Notes under the pieces: generated by a model
The model's database searches: none
Told to the model about the DNA's origin: nothing
Seen by the model: only the letters and a program-made list of their open reading frames with translations
Assembly (NCBI GenBank): GCA_951406725.2
Contig: OX597815.1
Span: forward strand, 22,258,001 to 22,322,000
Reading direction: 5' to 3'
DNA length: 64,000 nt
Origin: Octopus vulgaris
Taxonomy: Eukaryota
Part shown: positions 42,220-58,394 of the stretch, piece after piece
How positions within the stretch are numbered: position 1 is the first letter of the stretch
Layout of the letters: each line of letters begins with the position of its first letter
Program-made: the position numbers and the translations under genes

Positions 42220-43124
42220 TTCAGTTTTGAGACCTTTTTTTTTAAAAAAAAGGCACTTATAACAGTTCAAGATTATTGTAATTTTAGTAGAGAGGCAGTC
42301 ATATCACCTATTTTATTATCATTTTAGTATGCCATTTCTACTCATCTAGTAAACGGACTTGACAATTGTTGTTATTCCAGATTAAAGAAGACAATTGTAA
42401 CAATCCTTTGAGCACACACCACTAAACACTGCTTGTCGCAGCTGACTGGTTTCCAGTATGCAGTCGAGACGTTTGGAAATTCGCAATGCCATAAAGTTTT
42501 GTGTTAAACTAGGCAAAAAACGTTACAGAAACTTGTGAAATACTCCTCAATGCAGATGAATTAACTTTCTCGCTGGTGAGAGACAATAAGAGATGTAAAA
42601 GGAGGGATGTCAGAAGACCGGAGCTGGTTGAGAAAATTCGCATTTTGGGGATAACGGTCGTTATGTGTCTATAAAGGCAATAAGCATACAGTTTGTTGTT
42701 GGTGTGGTAACTGGACACAGAATAATTAATGAAAATCTGAGCATGCTTAAAAATTTGTACTAAGTGTGTTTCCTGGGTGCTCTGTGATAAGCATGCTGGT
42801 AAACGACTACATGGCAGAGAGGGACAGCAAAAATATCCCTCACCCTCCCTACAGCTCAGATCTTGTTCCCTGTGACTTTTGGTTGTTCACCAATCTGAAG
42901 GAGAACTTTAGGGTCAGTCGTTTTGAAAGTGAAGATGTCTGTGACAAGGGTTCTGGACACATTCTTTTGGAGGCCTTTCATGTGGACTTCATGTAGTGGC
43001 TGGAGCACTACAACAAGTGTATTGAAATCAGAAGATCCTACTTAGAAGACGATTATGCCTTGTACATGGAAATTAATAAATGTCGCTCCTAAAAAAAGTC
43101 TAAAAGCATCTGAAATGCACCTTG
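42220..43124 (+). mobile_element. Decayed mariner element
   Basis: EIRNAIKFCVKLGK near 42477 and HPPYSSDLVPCDFWLFTNLKE at 42841-42903; right end tgaaatgcaccttg|ta complements the family left end ta|cgaggtgcattcca seen at 53283. Confidence 0.85.
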
Positions 43125-43132
43125 TACACACG

Positions 43133-43179
<47 letters not shown>

Positions 43180-45741
43180 ACTCACAAGCACACACACATA
43201 CACGTATATATGTTAGCCCCAAGTTCTAAATAGTGAATGCTTAGGCGACTATGTTGGCATTTTAACAAATAGCGCATTAATATATCTTATCTAGTTATAT
43301 TAATTACATTTGGTATAACTGTTCCTAAGAAACTGTGTTGATTGTGATGGTGAATTAAGAATTACGGCTAATAAAGATGACACTTACAGCGTTTGTTATC
43401 TTGATGTTATACATGATCTAAATGGAAAGATAAGAGTGTATACTGTAATTCTAGATGAGTTGGAAATACGAAGTTATATGGTAAATGTTTGGTGCAACCA
43501 ATTACGACATCATGGCTAATGTTTAAAGAAAATTATTCTTAGTTTATTTTTTTTATATACATCTATTTAAAAATTAGTATAGTGAATATTTCATCTACGT
43601 AATTTAGAAATGTCGCCAGAATGATGACCAGAAAGTACTAATAAATTTATTTAAATGCAGAGTAATGTGCAAGGAAATATAGAAATTATGTTACTAAATT
43701 ACAATTTTATCTAAAAAATATTATTGAAAGAGCCGTCGTTATATAGTATAATATAGTTGTTGAATAAAAAGCTTAGATGCATCATGTCAAATTGTGTGTA
43801 CCTGTCATAGTATGTGCGTAGTATTTACAATCGAATTTAGACTATTAATCTTAGTTACGGAGGCAAATTTATGAGTCCAAATCTTGATCCATAACCAAAA
43901 ATAATTTACTTTGAAGTAGTAAAGTGTTGTAGGATTCTTTGTAAATATGCTTTTTAACTTTTAATTGGACTGCTAATAATTTTGACTTTTAACTGGACTG
44001 CTAATAATTATAGACTGATAATAGGTTGTTGATAATTTTGTCAAACAGTTGGTGTAGAAAGTTTGTGAGTGTGTCTGCCCTATCCTAGATATTTACATTA
44101 ATAATATTCAGCATCTGTTCAGAATAGTTGAGATTTTAACCGCAGCTCCAACAGTAGATGAGTAGTAAAGGTTCAAGTTGTTATGCACATTGAAATATTT
44201 TAAGATAACGAGTTAACATGGAAGTGAGTTAAGAATGCTGAATAAAGTCTGTTCGAACAATTTTTGGTGGCTTAGGAAACCATTAGACTGAAGAGTAAGT
44301 TTGCTTAATGCCTGAATATCATGAATTCTTAAGTTCCGTGTATCTAGAAGTCAGAATAAAATGTTAATATATTAGAATTATATGCATGGTTGTGATTTTA
44401 ATTGACAGTGAACAGTAGATGAGTAATTTTAATTAGGGTTCAAGTTGTTATGCACATTGAAATATTTTAAGATAACGAGTTAACATGGAAGTGAGTTAAT
44501 AATATCAAATATATATTGACTATAGGCGCAGGAGTGGCTGTGTAGTAAGTAGCTTGGCAAAAGAGACCGATAGAATAAGTACTGGGCTTACAAAGAATGA
44601 CTGTTGTGTTATGAGAAAAATAGTGTTCACATACATGTAACCAAATGCTCTACACACAGTTAGGCCGCAAAATGACAGATTTGAGTACAGCAGTGAAAAT
44701 GCTGCTCCTGTATGACCACTGTAAATCAAATATTCAGACCATTATCATTCAAATGTTCCTTCCGTTTGACTATACGCCCGATATCCGAAAATATACACCG
44801 CCTAGAAGTATTTACAGCTGTATTGTTAGGTGATAAAAAGTTAATGCTTAATTAATATGCTTATACTTAACTTTGCATATTCCTGGAGGACATTTGTTCT
44901 AAGAAAATCAGACAGTGCAGAAATGTGCTCAAAGAATTGAAGAATCGAACGCTTAATCATAAATGGATATTTATTCCATTAGCAAAACAAAAACAAAAAA
45001 AATGCCATTTATCAAAGCAATAAACTTGAAATAACATATCCTTGAGAACTATTGATGACAGAAATCACGAAGCTGATATCAACGGTAAGGATGCTTGTTG
45101 CGGTAGCAATGGTAGTAGTAGTAGTAGAAAAGAGATGGGGGTTGGGATTGGGTGGAGAGTTAAATTAATATGCTCTATGAAATACCTAGACGGTTAGATT
45201 AAATAATTTGATTAGTTGTCAGAAAAATATGTCTATTTAAAATGGACAACGTGAATATTGTGTAGACGACTTGGTACAAAATAAGAAGGCAGGTAGAAAA
45301 ACTTTATATGAATATGTGAGTTAGTGTGTTACGGGATGAAAATTTAAAAAAAAACAATCCATGTCGAATTAACGTATAGACAAATATATCAAGCAAGTAA
45401 TAATTAAAAGAAATTGATATCACGTCGAGAAAGCAATAATCTTCAGTGAATAACAACGCATGCATGTGAAGTGCGCTTGTGTCTGTGTGTTAGGCGAGCT
45501 ATTGAGAATTTATATAACCAGTAGGCTTCGACTGGAACATTTGTGTGATACACATACATACAGATATATGTATACATACATGCATGCATGTATACATGCA
45601 TACATATGCATGCGTATGTATGTGTGCGTGTGTGTTTGTGTGCATGTGTGTGTGTGCATGTACAATATATGTCTATATCAGTATCCCTCCATCTGTTTAT
45701 CTCCCTTTTTCTATGTACGTTAGCACACACACAGACACACA

Positions 45742-45811
<70 letters not shown>

Positions 45812-46554
45812 GACACAGACACACAAACACGCATACACACATACTGATATACGATAACATGACTGAAGGAAGGTATCTCATATGATTCTGCTTATTAAAT
45901 CCAAATATAATGAGTTTTAAATATACGATAGTGTGTGTTGAGAAAAAGTTCGATTAGCTGATATGATTTTTTCGGTCAGTAGATAAAAATTCCCTCTGGC
46001 ATCTTTAATGTCGAAAAATAATACCAACAGAGATAACAACAGTTAGATCAATTAATTGACGTTTTCGAAAAATCTTCTGTATTTTCAAAGAATTAAATAC
46101 TAAAGTAAATAGACAAAATTCATCAAATCTCAAAATCTTTACTTCAGTCCAATAACGATTTCACATATCGTGTTGGTATAATTATGAGAGATGAGACAAA
46201 ATGAGACAAGATATATGGTGAAAATAAGGTTTGTGGTGTCAAAAGTACGGAATCATGAATTAGTTTCTGGGCAGAGATTCTTTTCCCTGTATCAAGTTTT
46301 CGGTAGAATGCCCTCGACATCACAGCAACTTATTACATTTTTATTTACAGGTCAATCCTTTTCTACAGATTATACAGTATGATATTCTGGCCAGGACATC
46401 ATGCCCCGAGGTAATGTATTATCTTGCTGATATTATGTGGGTGACAACTCCGGCGATTATTTCAATTTTAAATGCCTGCACCTATTGTCGCATATAAGCA
46501 CTTTATCTGTATCACCATTCATTTCGTGAGTCAATAATTTCGCTATCATAAATG

Positions 46555-46621
<67 letters not shown>

Positions 46622-46629
46622 GCATACAG

Positions 46630-46746
<117 letters not shown>

Positions 46747-46759
46747 TATATGTATATAA

Positions 46760-46795
<36 letters not shown>

Positions 46796-46959
46796 CTACT
46801 TAAATATATATATATATACATATACTTATATACACACACACACATATATATGTATACATACATATTTTGTCATAGAACGCTAAAGCAAGCGCGGGATCGA
46901 TATTTAGGTGCTCAGATAAATGAGTACACCTTCATCCAAGGCTGGTGCTTCCGTTGTTG

Positions 46960-47560
46960 AAAGTTCGATAGATGAACTGCATAGAGACGATGCGCAACTT
47001 TCGCTCCAAAATACCAAACCTTTGTCTTGAGAGATACAGAAAATAAAGCCGTCACATATTCTTTAAAGAAATTGGGGTTTTTTCTAATAGTAGGCACTAA
47101 CTTCGAGAAAGTGAATTTCCTCGAAGCTACTTTGAATCTAGAAAATACAACATACAATATACATGAAGTAATAACAAATCTTAGATGTGTCAATGCTTCT
47201 TCTAACCCCTAGGTGATATTATCAAGAACCTAGTGAAGAATATCTCATTGTGACTGTCTACATTATCGGTAAACGCAAAACATATTCAGTTATGCTATTC
47301 ACACCTACAACGGAGTGCTCGTGAGAAGTGTTTCCAAAAGCAAAAAATCATGTATGCCACAGAAACTCAACATCAAAGAAACAAACCATATTGAATAAGA
47401 AAAATAATCTGGTTCAATCAACACTTTAGTCATCAAGTAGGTATTCCTGCAGCTAAAGCATCATTTAACCAACCACATAAAAATTACCACAAACTTACTA
47501 GTAGCGAAGAAAACATTAAATTATTTCACCGACACCTTCCAGCAAATAATGGCAAGCAAT
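46960..47560 (+). mobile_element. Penelope-like element RT/thumb fragment (decayed)
   Basis: LHRDDA, TNFEKVNFLEATLNL, VNASSNP, IIKNLVKNIS and RKIIWFN remnants. Confidence 0.75.
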
Positions 47561-47822
47561 TAAAAACTTTTTGCACAAAATACTGACCAACCTACATGAA
47601 AATATCCCAACTGCTGTTTAAATAAAAGATTGGCAGTTGTTAGAGGATTATGAGGGACGGATTTGGTGTGTGCGCAGTTGATGAAGCGAAACGATGAAGA
47701 AGCACGAGTCCTTACAATCCAATGTCATTCATAGCCTAGTCACACATTGTCCATTAAAGGAATTGGTGTCTCGAGACAGTTTGCGCAGGGAAAAATTTTC
47801 CACGTTTGACAGTACACAAACG

Positions 47823-49110
47823 GGACCTTTGTAGTTACCGTCACTGCGGGTCAAAATCTTTAAAAGCATTTTAATGTATCGTATAGATGTAATTTTTGAC
47901 GCTGAATTCGAATTTGTTATTCATTTATGCCAAAAAAAATAATGCGAAAATGTTACAGATGTTCAAAGTTTGATAACTTTCAGAATTTTCAGCCAATCAG
48001 AAAACGACGCGTTCGCTACCCTTCCATCATTTGACACAGAAACGAAAAAGTGGAGGGAGGGGAGCACTGGCATGTCAAAACATTAAACTAGCTACGGTAA
48101 ACAATGAACAATATTAAAAGTAATATAAGCGGGATCAGCCATCTGAATGTGGCTAGGGACAGGGCGGGGTGGTGGGGGTGTTACTGATGCATTTAGCCCC
48201 AGGCGACTATAGACGTCACCAGAAGAGCCGACACCATCACGGTGTCCTTGCTAGCCTGCAAAGGGAGATCAGCCTCCCCGAAGATACGGATACTACACAC
48301 GGACCGGTTTCGAGGTAGTCGCCTCTCGTCAGCTTATATTACAGAGCAGTTACTGTTTATACCTCGCTCAGAGATTTATTATTAATATTAAAAGGTTCGC
48401 GAGCAAATTAAATATTTAAAAGCTACGTACAAACCAACAGGAGTTGCTAGAAATAACAGTCAAAGCATTGCTTAAAACAGACATTTATTTGTTAAAAAGC
48501 TCAAGAACGAAAGTTTGCTATACACCCTACGATTTTATAAAATAAATTGTTTTTCTCATCTCTCCTTCTCCACATAAATGTAGGATAAGAGTCAACCATA
48601 GAACGGTATGTCCCACACCAGCGCTTTAAAGGTGCTTTAAAGATGCCCTGGTACCCTCAATTTGTTGAGTGTGAGTCCCATCTTTTGAGTTTATAAATTC
48701 AATGCTTTGGTTCACAGTTTTATGTTTCAAATCGTAGCCCACGATTTCTGAGATATCCTTATAAGCTCGCCAGAGGTCACTGAAGATAGTGGTTCCTGGA
48801 AGAACTGAGTGTCGTATTCAAGCCTTGTTTACACTCCTTGTGCGCATGCGCAGCGTCTTTGGTTACTATAGAAACAAATTTATTCGCAATCAGCTATGAT
48901 AACAGAACTTCACCGTGAATATGTAAAATACTCTCTTCGCATTGGCTAAAATACCTAAATTTTGCAAAAATCAAGGGCTAATAACTTTAATTATGAATTT
49001 ATAGGAATAATGATTTTCATTTTCGTAATTAGTATACAAAACTAAATCCATATACCAAATCTGAAAACAATGGAACAAAATTGTAGACAGTGATGATAAC
49101 CACAAGATCC
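47823..49110 (-). mobile_element. Merlin (IS1595/ISXO2-like) DNA transposon, internally deleted
   Basis: Minus strand about 48560-48820 encodes IRHSVLPGTTIFSDLWRAYKDI...HKTVNQSIEFINSKDGTHTQQIEG; TIRs ggacctttgtagttaccgtcactg / ggatcttgtggttatcatcactg; 8-bp TSD cacaaacg (47815-47822) / cacgaacg (49111-49118). Confidence 0.85.
48296..48338 (-). ncRNA. Minimal hammerhead ribozyme motif
   Basis: Minus strand tataag-CTGACGA-GAGG(cgacta)CCTC-GAAA-CCGG-TC-cgtgtg: canonical core, perfect helix II, palindromic helix III ACCGGT, GUC cleavage triplet; helix I weakened. Confidence 0.8.
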
Positions 49111-49250
49111 CACGAACGTGTTAAATATATCGTAACACAATTATATTTTAATCATTGTTGCTTCGTGAAACTTTAATTAATACATACACAAGCACCCACT
49201 GACCTAGTCACACTCACACAGAAACGCACACTCACACACACACACAACCC

Positions 49251-49372
<122 letters not shown>

Positions 49373-49384
49373 GTATGTATTTAT

Positions 49385-51090
<1,706 letters not shown>

Positions 51091-51691
51091 TAGGGGTGAT
51101 CGTGGAGTAGTAGGAATTGTAGTAAACGAATGAACTAGTGACGGCAACGCTACAAATATTGATTACAGTAAATTGAGCTTAAGAGCTCAAAAGTGATTAA
51201 TGTATGACCTATATTTATGGCAGTTAATTCCTCCCTTTGTCCGGTAGGGTTAAAAGGTTAGTTTGAGCTACTTTTAGAGCGATACCACCATGTGGCTGAA
51301 TAAACAAAAAATAAAAATTAAAGTTTTTTCGGTTGAAATTATTTTCCATCTCGAAGAAATCAAAATAGCGACCAAAATGCCCCGATGAAGCTGTTGGTGG
51401 ATTTTAACATCATATTGCACTAAAAAATGTGTAAGATGCACCTTGATAGCTGCAAAAACGTTACGTGGGCGAAAATAGAGGAACTTAAATGACTGCATAA
51501 TAACGTAATAAAAAATATTGGATATTCTTTATTCTATGTTTGCCTTAAACTGATATATATATATATATTGGCCTGCTCGCTTAGCCAGCGGGATGGCGTC
51601 ATTCGAAGGCTAAAAAACAATGCGAACGCATTGTGACCAGCGATGTGTAGCAACATCTGATAGCCAGGTCGGTCACGTGATCACGTGATAT

Positions 51692-51895
51692 ACTCTTTTA
51701 CTCTTTTACTTGTTTCAGTCACTTGACTGCGGACATGCTGGAGCACCGCCTTTAGTCGAGCAAATCGACCCCGGGACTTATTCTTTGTAAGCCCAGTACT
51801 TATCCTATCGGTCTCTTTCGCCGAACCGTTAAGTGACGGGGACGTAAACACACCAGCATCGGTTGTCAAGCAATGCTAGAGGGACAAACACACAT

Positions 51896-51926
<31 letters not shown>

Positions 51927-52076
51927 CGACAGGCTTCTTTCAGTTTCCGTCTACCAAATCCACAAGGCATTGGTCGGCCCGGGGCTATAGCAGAAGACAC
52001 TTGCCCAAGATGCCACGCAGTGGGACTGAACCCAGAACCATGTGGTTGGTTAGCAAGCTACTTACCACACAGCCAC
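51692..52076 (-). mobile_element. SINE family A
   Basis: Matches the other family A copies. Confidence 0.85.
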
Positions 52077-52169
52077 AAGGTGCGATGGTTGAATTGTCGC
52101 CATTTTATATTTTTAATTTCGCGTATGCGCGGGGTTTGTTTTTGATTTTGTCGGCCACACAGTATAGTA

Positions 52170-52494
52170 GGGTCAGTTGGAACATCTCAGAGTGCAGTTG
52201 GGGTGCAGTTGAGCAAGAGACCAACAAAACTCCTTGTAACACCAAAGATGAACTGAAGGCAAGGATTATAGCAGTATTCACCAACTTAAACAATGACACC
52301 ACCCAGAAGGGTTGCAGGAGATTCCGAAGTCGTCTGGAGGTCGTAGTTGAAGCCAATGGCGATTTTATTGAATAAATTTACTCCTTAGCATTTCAAGATA
52401 TTTCCATGTAATTTTGGTAAATATATCTGTTAAAATGAGATGTCAGTGTTATATTCATTTTTGCGTTACTTAGATGACAACTTATTCACCGCAG

Positions 52495-52498
<4 letters not shown>
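52170..52498 (+). mobile_element. Tc1/mariner-superfamily 3' fragment
   Basis: WGAVEQETNKTPCNTKDELKARI...CRRFRSRLEVVVEANGDFIE* followed by a TIR-like end and (TA)n. Confidence 0.8.
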
Positions 52499-52535
<37 letters not shown>

Positions 52536-53979
52536 TCGTGTATATATGTGTGTGTGTATTTTTATATCTATCCCTCGATCTATTTATTTATCTATACCAC
52601 ACACACACAAACATACGCATACATAATACTTCCGAGGATCAAATATTTATTTCTTTACTACCCACTAGGGGTTAAACACAGAGTGGACAAACAAGGACAG
52701 ACAAAGGGGTTAAGTCGATTACATCGACCCCAGTGCGTAACTGGTACTTAATTTATCGACCCCGAAAGGATGAAAGGCAAAGTCGACCTCGGCGGAATTT
52801 GAACTCGGAACGTAACAACAGACGAAATACGGCTACGCGTTTCGCCCAGGTGCTCATGTTTCTGCCAGCTCCAAATATTGTCAAAAATAAATTTTAGGCG
52901 GCGAATATATAACATGATATTGTATAATTTGTGCTTTTACCATGTATACTTGTTATGATATATTCTAACTGCTTCTACAATATATACAGCTTGTTAAACG
53001 ATTGAAAATTCTTACTATCAATGTCTCCCACATATTTTGACCGAAAATCTATTTTAACCAATGTGGCTTAAATCTCAGATAAATGAAAGCAGAAGAGAAT
53101 ATTAGATCCAATACTAATAAGGATTTCACGTAGGTACTTTCTACTCTTTACTAATATGATACAACTGGTTTGAAAGATTAAAATCTTTAAAATCCCTTAG
53201 ATGCTTGTAATTAACATTACTCATAAAGTTATGTTAATCACAACCCGTGATTGGTTTTAATACAGTAACGGTTGATTGATATACGAGGTGCATTCCAGAA
53301 GTTTTGAAACTCTTTTAAACAGAGAAGACATAACTGTCCTACGTTATTGTAATTTTATTATATCGTTACTATAAATCTTGTTTCTTTACTGCCCACAAGG
53401 GGCTACACACAGACGGGACAAACAAGAACAGATAAACGGATTAAGTCAATTATGTCGACCCCGGTGCATAACTGGTACTTATTTAATCGACCCCGAAAGA
53501 TGAAAGGCAAAGTCGACCTCGGTGGAATTTGAACTCAATCGTTACTAATGAGCTGATTTGCCAAGCTTTTTTTTATATTCCAGATTGAAGGAGACGGTTG
53601 TAACAGGACTTGTCACAACTGATTAGTTGGCAGAGTGTAGTCGGGACGTGAAGACAATTTAGAAGTTCGCCGTGCAATAAATTTTTACGTTAAAACGCTC
53701 CAGACTGCTAAATGAGCATCAAAACCGTCCCTCCACCTCCTCACATAGGAGACAGAACTCTACAACTAGCATTCTTACTGCTGCTGCTTGGCGATTTTCG
53801 TCCGCTAGAGATACAGTTCCGTCTTTTTTAAAAACAGTACGTCTACAAGAGGTATTATCCCTGGAAAACTACCGCAAACAATTTACCTTTGGCGATGTAT
53901 CGGCTTTAAGTATGAAAAACAGATGGTTGTTCCAATCTAAAGCTGCCTCTGTTGTATATAACGAATGAATATATATATA

Positions 53980-54444
53980 CTAGCATTAAAGACCCGTCGT
54001 TGCCGGGTCATAGTGCTAGTGCATGACCCGGCACTAGCACTATTTATTTATTCCCATTCATGTGAAACCACTGATTCAAGTTCAAGCCATTGATGCAATG
54101 TTACGATTTAATTATTATATCATACTTTAGTTTGATTTTAATTATTACTTACTACATATAATTCAATTGTTATTATTATATCTAATTTTTATTGTTAAAG
54201 TGAAAGTATCTGACATAAAATAGAGAGATGTTTTTGTTTCACTTTTAACACGTAATACTGAAATAGTGGAGAAGATATGATATTGCTATGGGCTCGCCCT
54301 AGGCAAGAAGTTGAACATTTTTTTAAACATGAAACTACATGGACCCTAAGTAAGGCATGTGTAACATTTGAATGAAATTGGTTGTGTAGTTCTCAAGTTT
54401 TAGGGAGACACACAGACAGACAGACAGACAGACAGACACACATT

Positions 54445-54492
<48 letters not shown>
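53980..54492 (-). mobile_element. Non-autonomous Helitron-like element
   Basis: Minus-strand 3' end has GC hairpin GACCCG(gcaacga)CGGGTC followed by tttaatg-CTAG|T; opposite end has a (GTCT)n microsatellite and TA-rich terminus. Confidence 0.7.
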
Positions 54493-54493
<1 letters not shown>

Positions 54494-54575
54494 TATCATT
54501 ATTATTGTTAGGATATATACCTCTTAAAGCATCCAAGCTGCTCAGTTTAATCCAGTGTATTGCTGAAATATTATA

Positions 54576-54683
<108 letters not shown>

Positions 54684-55099
54684 TATGTAAACACACAAAT
54701 ACACAAACATATACATATATACATACATATATAGAATGATGCATATATACATATACGCGTGCGTACACAAACGCGCGCGCGCACACACACATACACGTAT
54801 GTGAGCTAATACAATTGGATATTTAACATGAAACAAAGCGCATTTTATCGAACTGGAGAATAGGTTTATATACACAATTAGTGACTAACGAATGTTTTCC
54901 TACTGATCCTAAAACTGTTTGGTGAAAGAGAAAGTAAATTTTTACTTTGTTTTAGAATAAGGTGTTTCGGAAGATTTATTGGAGTAAGAGTATGAAAGGC
55001 AGTAGGTGTAACAACAACAAATAAGTAGATGAATACTGCTAAATTGCAGGTGCAAAATCGAGAAGCAACTTCAGAAATCACACAAAGAGGATGCAATGT

Positions 55100-55974
55100 G
55101 GTTGTGGTGGTTTGCCGGTGAGCCAGACGTCCTTTCTTGTTTGCAGTCTAATATGTTTATGTGTGTAACAGCTGCATTCCCCCAGATGTGGAGTGCGCTT
55201 AAGCCTTGTATAAATAAAACAGTTATTCAGAACTTAAGTAGTTTATCTCCCTAAAGAGAAACGTTAGCCTTTGAGATGCAGTTGCAGCTACGTTATGGAT
55301 GCATGAGAGATAAAACAAAGTTTGTGTTAACCTTAGTTGTGAACGGTTCATGAGTAAACAAACACACTTGTAAAGCATAATTACAAGACGAGATTATCAT
55401 TTACTCATTTGGATATGTGTTGCAAGTATTGCATGTCAGATATATGTTGTCTACTTAGATTATATGTAACAGATGTGGAAGAAAAATAAAGCGGGGGAGA
55501 AAAGAGTATAATCTGCATAGAGATTTGTCTGAAGGGATAGTGGGCTTGATAGTAGCAATATTGGAGGTGATACAACTGACTTGTGATAGAATATGAGTAG
55601 GAGAGATCCATCGCAACTTGCACTATGGTGAAGTGGTCAGACAGGAAACATCCGATTGAAGAAGGGATAATACCCAAGCCATAATATTTCCAGTTGCTCT
55701 TAGACTGGCGAGGCCACTTTGGTTGATGCTCGTAGGGAAATATTCGGCAGAGACAGAATTCCATAGATAATAGATTTATACAGGAAGGACTGACAATAGT
55801 GTTTAATGCTGAATTTCTCAGATATGACGTATCAAAAATGATTAAGAATAGACGAGTTGGAAAAAAGAGGGCTTGGGTGAGGGTTTGACCCAGCTTATTT
55901 TTGGGCGGAATATAAACTATTACCAGAGCATTTCTGAATACGATTGTAGTCGGTTGGCAAGTTAAGTTTTTCAA
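55100..55974 (-). mobile_element. Highly decayed LINE fragments (endonuclease-like and post-RT pieces)
   Basis: VIVYIPP and FLSDH resemble AP-endonuclease motifs; LYKA and HIWGNAA-like remnant near 55170-55300. Confidence 0.45.
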
Positions 55975-56319
55975 GTTTCATTTCTTTTTATATGTAGATT
56001 TAAATTTGTTTTACTGTGTTTATAAGAAAGTAATTGTCTTTATAGGAAAGTAACAAGGCTAAGAATTTGCTTGTTTAGTAGTAGCAGTCCGTCCTCTTTA
56101 GGCTATTTACCAAAGGGTCTTGTGCTCTTGTAAAAGGCAGACGCTCGTCAAAGTTTTTGTACTATTTTTACATTATCCGAGATCGAAAACGATAGCGTTA
56201 CAGACAATTTATGACGACGATATGAAGATAGAATTAACTGATTTCCTGATTTCTTACGTATTCGTCAACTGTAGCTTACTTACGTGTAGCTTCTTATTAA
56301 ATAGATTGACGCACGCGGT

Positions 56320-56387
<68 letters not shown>

Positions 56388-56511
56388 TTCTTGAGCAAGG
56401 AAATAGGAACATAGTCCATGACCTTTGTCCCTGATTTATATGACACACTAATCGTACAAGCTGTTAGATGGTGAGATAGAATGCTTTGTTGTATTTGTTA
56501 TACAGAGGCAA

Positions 56512-58286
56512 GACAGGCAAGTAAACAACCCAGAAGAATTCTTTGCCACTTTACCAGCGGCCAAAGAGACAAAAATTGAGTACATCAACATCGAAGAAGA
56601 TGATATCACACTAGCCATTGATGAGATTGACACAAACTCAGCTGCTGGACATGATGGATTCCCAGCGATCCTTCTCAAATCGTGCAAACGAGCCCTTGCA
56701 AAACCGCTACAGCTTCTTTTTCAGAGCTTTCTTGCAAGTGGTAAGCTCCCAATCAAACTGAAAGAGGGGGTAATATGCCCTATCCATAAGGGAGGTAGCA
56801 GAGCAGATGCTAAAAATTATAGGCCTATCTCTCTGACCTCACACATCAGCAAAGTCATGGAACGAATAGTCCGTAAGAAACTAATCATGTTCCTTGAAGA
56901 AAATGACTTACTGCTTGACACCCAGCATGGATTTCGATCAGGTAGAGGCTGCCTAACACAGCTCCTGCAACACTATGACTGGGTGTTGAAACAGCTACTA
57001 AATGGCTCAAATGTGGATGTAATATATCTCGACTTTGCAAAAGCCTTTGATAAAGTCGACCATGGTATGATCTGTCACAAACTGCGTGGTCTCGGCATAG
57101 GCGGGAAACTTGGAGAGTGGCTGCACAACTTCCTAAAAGACAGAAAACAGGCAGTTGTGAGCAATGGAGCCACCTCCAAGGAAACGCAAATAACAAGCGG
57201 TGTCCCACAGGGCACTGTCTTGGGGCCACTGATGTTCATAGTGGCCCTTTCAGACATGCCTTCAGTTGATACGATGACCACCCTTGCTAGCTATGCAGAT
57301 GACACAAAAGTCTCCCACGCAATACAAAACCTTGAAAATATTGCGCATCTGCAACATGAGCTGGACACAATATACAGGTGGGCTGAGGACAACAACATGC
57401 AGTTTAATGCAGGTAAGTTCCAGGCCCTGCGCTACTGGCACACAAAGGTAAATGACGTGAAGACTGGATACACTGGCCCAGGAAGAATTGCAATCCCTGA
57501 GTCAAAATCAGTGCGTGACCTGGGCATTGACATGAGCAATGATGCGTCTTTCCAAATGCATATTGCTAATCTGGTGATAAAATGCAGACGGCTAGCTGGA
57601 TGGATTCTCCGAACTTTCAGAACAAGAGAGAAGGAGACACTGATGGTCCTATGGAAAACATTTGTCCTCAGCCGCTTGGACTACTGCTCCCAACTTTGGT
57701 CACCACACAATATAAAACAAACAGCAGAACTCGAAGCAACTCAGAGAAGCTACACAAAGAAAATCGTCTCAATGCAAAATGTCAGCTACTGGGAAAGACT
57801 GAAGGTATTAAACCTCTTCTCCCTGGAGCGGAGGCGGGAGAGATATGCAGTGATATACATCTGGAAAATCCTGGAGGGTCTTGTCCCAAACTTTGGCATT
57901 CAAAGTTACTCCAACCGCAGAACGGGGCGCCGCTGCGTGGTGCCAAGGATTCCAACATCACCATCAAAATACAGGTCCAGATACTGCAACAGCTTGGGTT
58001 TCAGAGGACCACAGCTCTTTAACATCCTCCCTAAATGCCTGAGAGACTTACATGGTGTGGATGTGGGTTTCTTTAAAACTAAACTGGATCTCTTCTTGTT
58101 GGGAGTCCCAGATGAACCTACCTCACGACAGAAAACACGGATGCGGGCAGCAGCATCGAACTCCCTTGTTGATCAAGTGCCACGTATCAGAGGTGGATTC
58201 ACAAACTAGTGTAGCTCATTCAGCGGTGGTGCCCCAGCATGGCCGCGGCCTTCGGGCTAAAACATTTTTAAGGATTTAAGGATTTA
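56512..58286 (+). mobile_element. 5'-truncated LINE (CR1/L2-like group) with uninterrupted reverse transcriptase frame
   Basis: Frame open from about 56512 to TAG at 58209; motifs NYRPISLTS, QHGFR, YLDFAKAFDKV, SGVPQGTVLGP, YADD, DLG; short 3' UTR and (AAGGATTT)n-like tail. Confidence 0.95.
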
Positions 58287-58290
58287 TATA

Positions 58291-58394
<104 letters not shown>

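Noticed and set aside
44151-44499. 85-bp direct duplication (44151-44232 and 44412-44499); also a 31-bp exact copy at 6613-6643 and 7231-7261
   Set aside because: Simple local duplications with no coding or structural signal.
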